From Octopus bimaculoides (lineage: Eukaryota), in the NCBI RefSeq assembly GCF_001194135.2, contig NC_068989.1, positions 19,388,468-19,452,467 on the forward strand: a DNA stretch of 64,000 nucleotides. Reading direction: 5' to 3'. The position numbers and the translations under genes are program-made. Positions 63,583 through 64,000 of the stretch are shown here, piece after piece; the stretch's first letter is position 1, and every line of letters starts with the position of its first letter. The notes under the pieces are model-generated. The model saw only the letters and a program-made list of their open reading frames with translations. It was not told the DNA's origin and did no database searches.

Positions 63583-64000
63583 GTGCTTGTTAAAATGATT
63601 AAAATAATTCCACACAATATAATATTGAAATCAAATATCTATAGTGTAGAAACTTATACGAAATAAAAGTAGTTTAAAGAGTTTGGGCAATAACAATTAA
63701 AATGGATCTCCCTCTATTATACACGGCACGAAGAGATACTGGTGTTCCGCATAAGTGTTTCTAATTAAATTTTTTTTAATGCATACTACATGTTAACCCT
63801 AACTTACGTATTGTAATTTTTCGTAGGGATAGCATGAGTTAATTAACTTAAATTGTCTTCAAATTTTTTTTTTCTTTTTGTCGTTGAATATCAGATTTTG
63901 TGGATAACGACGAGAAATTGGTTCATTGAGACACCTTTTAATCCTTCAACGAAAGTATCGATTCAAAGCCCTCGAGCAACAAGTTTTCTATGAACCTCAT

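Overview
AT-rich, repeat-dense eukaryotic scaffold with nine N gaps and many microsatellites. The SINE families, Penelope pseudo-LTR and overall style suggest an octopod cephalopod, probably Octopus (inferred from memory, no search run). The one gene I can identify is TRIT1 (tRNA dimethylallyltransferase, MiaA/Mod5 family). Its last four coding exons lie on the + strand at 43397-51337, splice in frame with GT-AG sites, and end in the C2H2 matrin-type zinc finger. I could not find the catalytic 5' exons in the 43 kb upstream. The rest is mostly transposon debris: a mariner (DD34D) with TIRs and TA TSD inside a tandem repeat, three maT (DD37D) fragments, Tx1-, CR1-, RTE-, Penelope- and Helitron-like fragments, Helentron-type HINEs, piggyBac- and hAT-type MITEs, and at least four SINE-like families. 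Items worth a second look: a Penelope-type minimal hammerhead ribozyme (29003-29048), a bulge-free 41-bp hairpin resembling a pri-miRNA (25819-25904), a hairpin covering a splice donor (13385-13428), a decayed initiator tRNA-Met in the last TRIT1 intron, a possible short zinc-finger-only TRIT1 isoform, a possible GPCR pseudogene split by a LINE, and CpG-decay domains readable from paired TE copies. I found no prokaryote-type system such as CRISPR.
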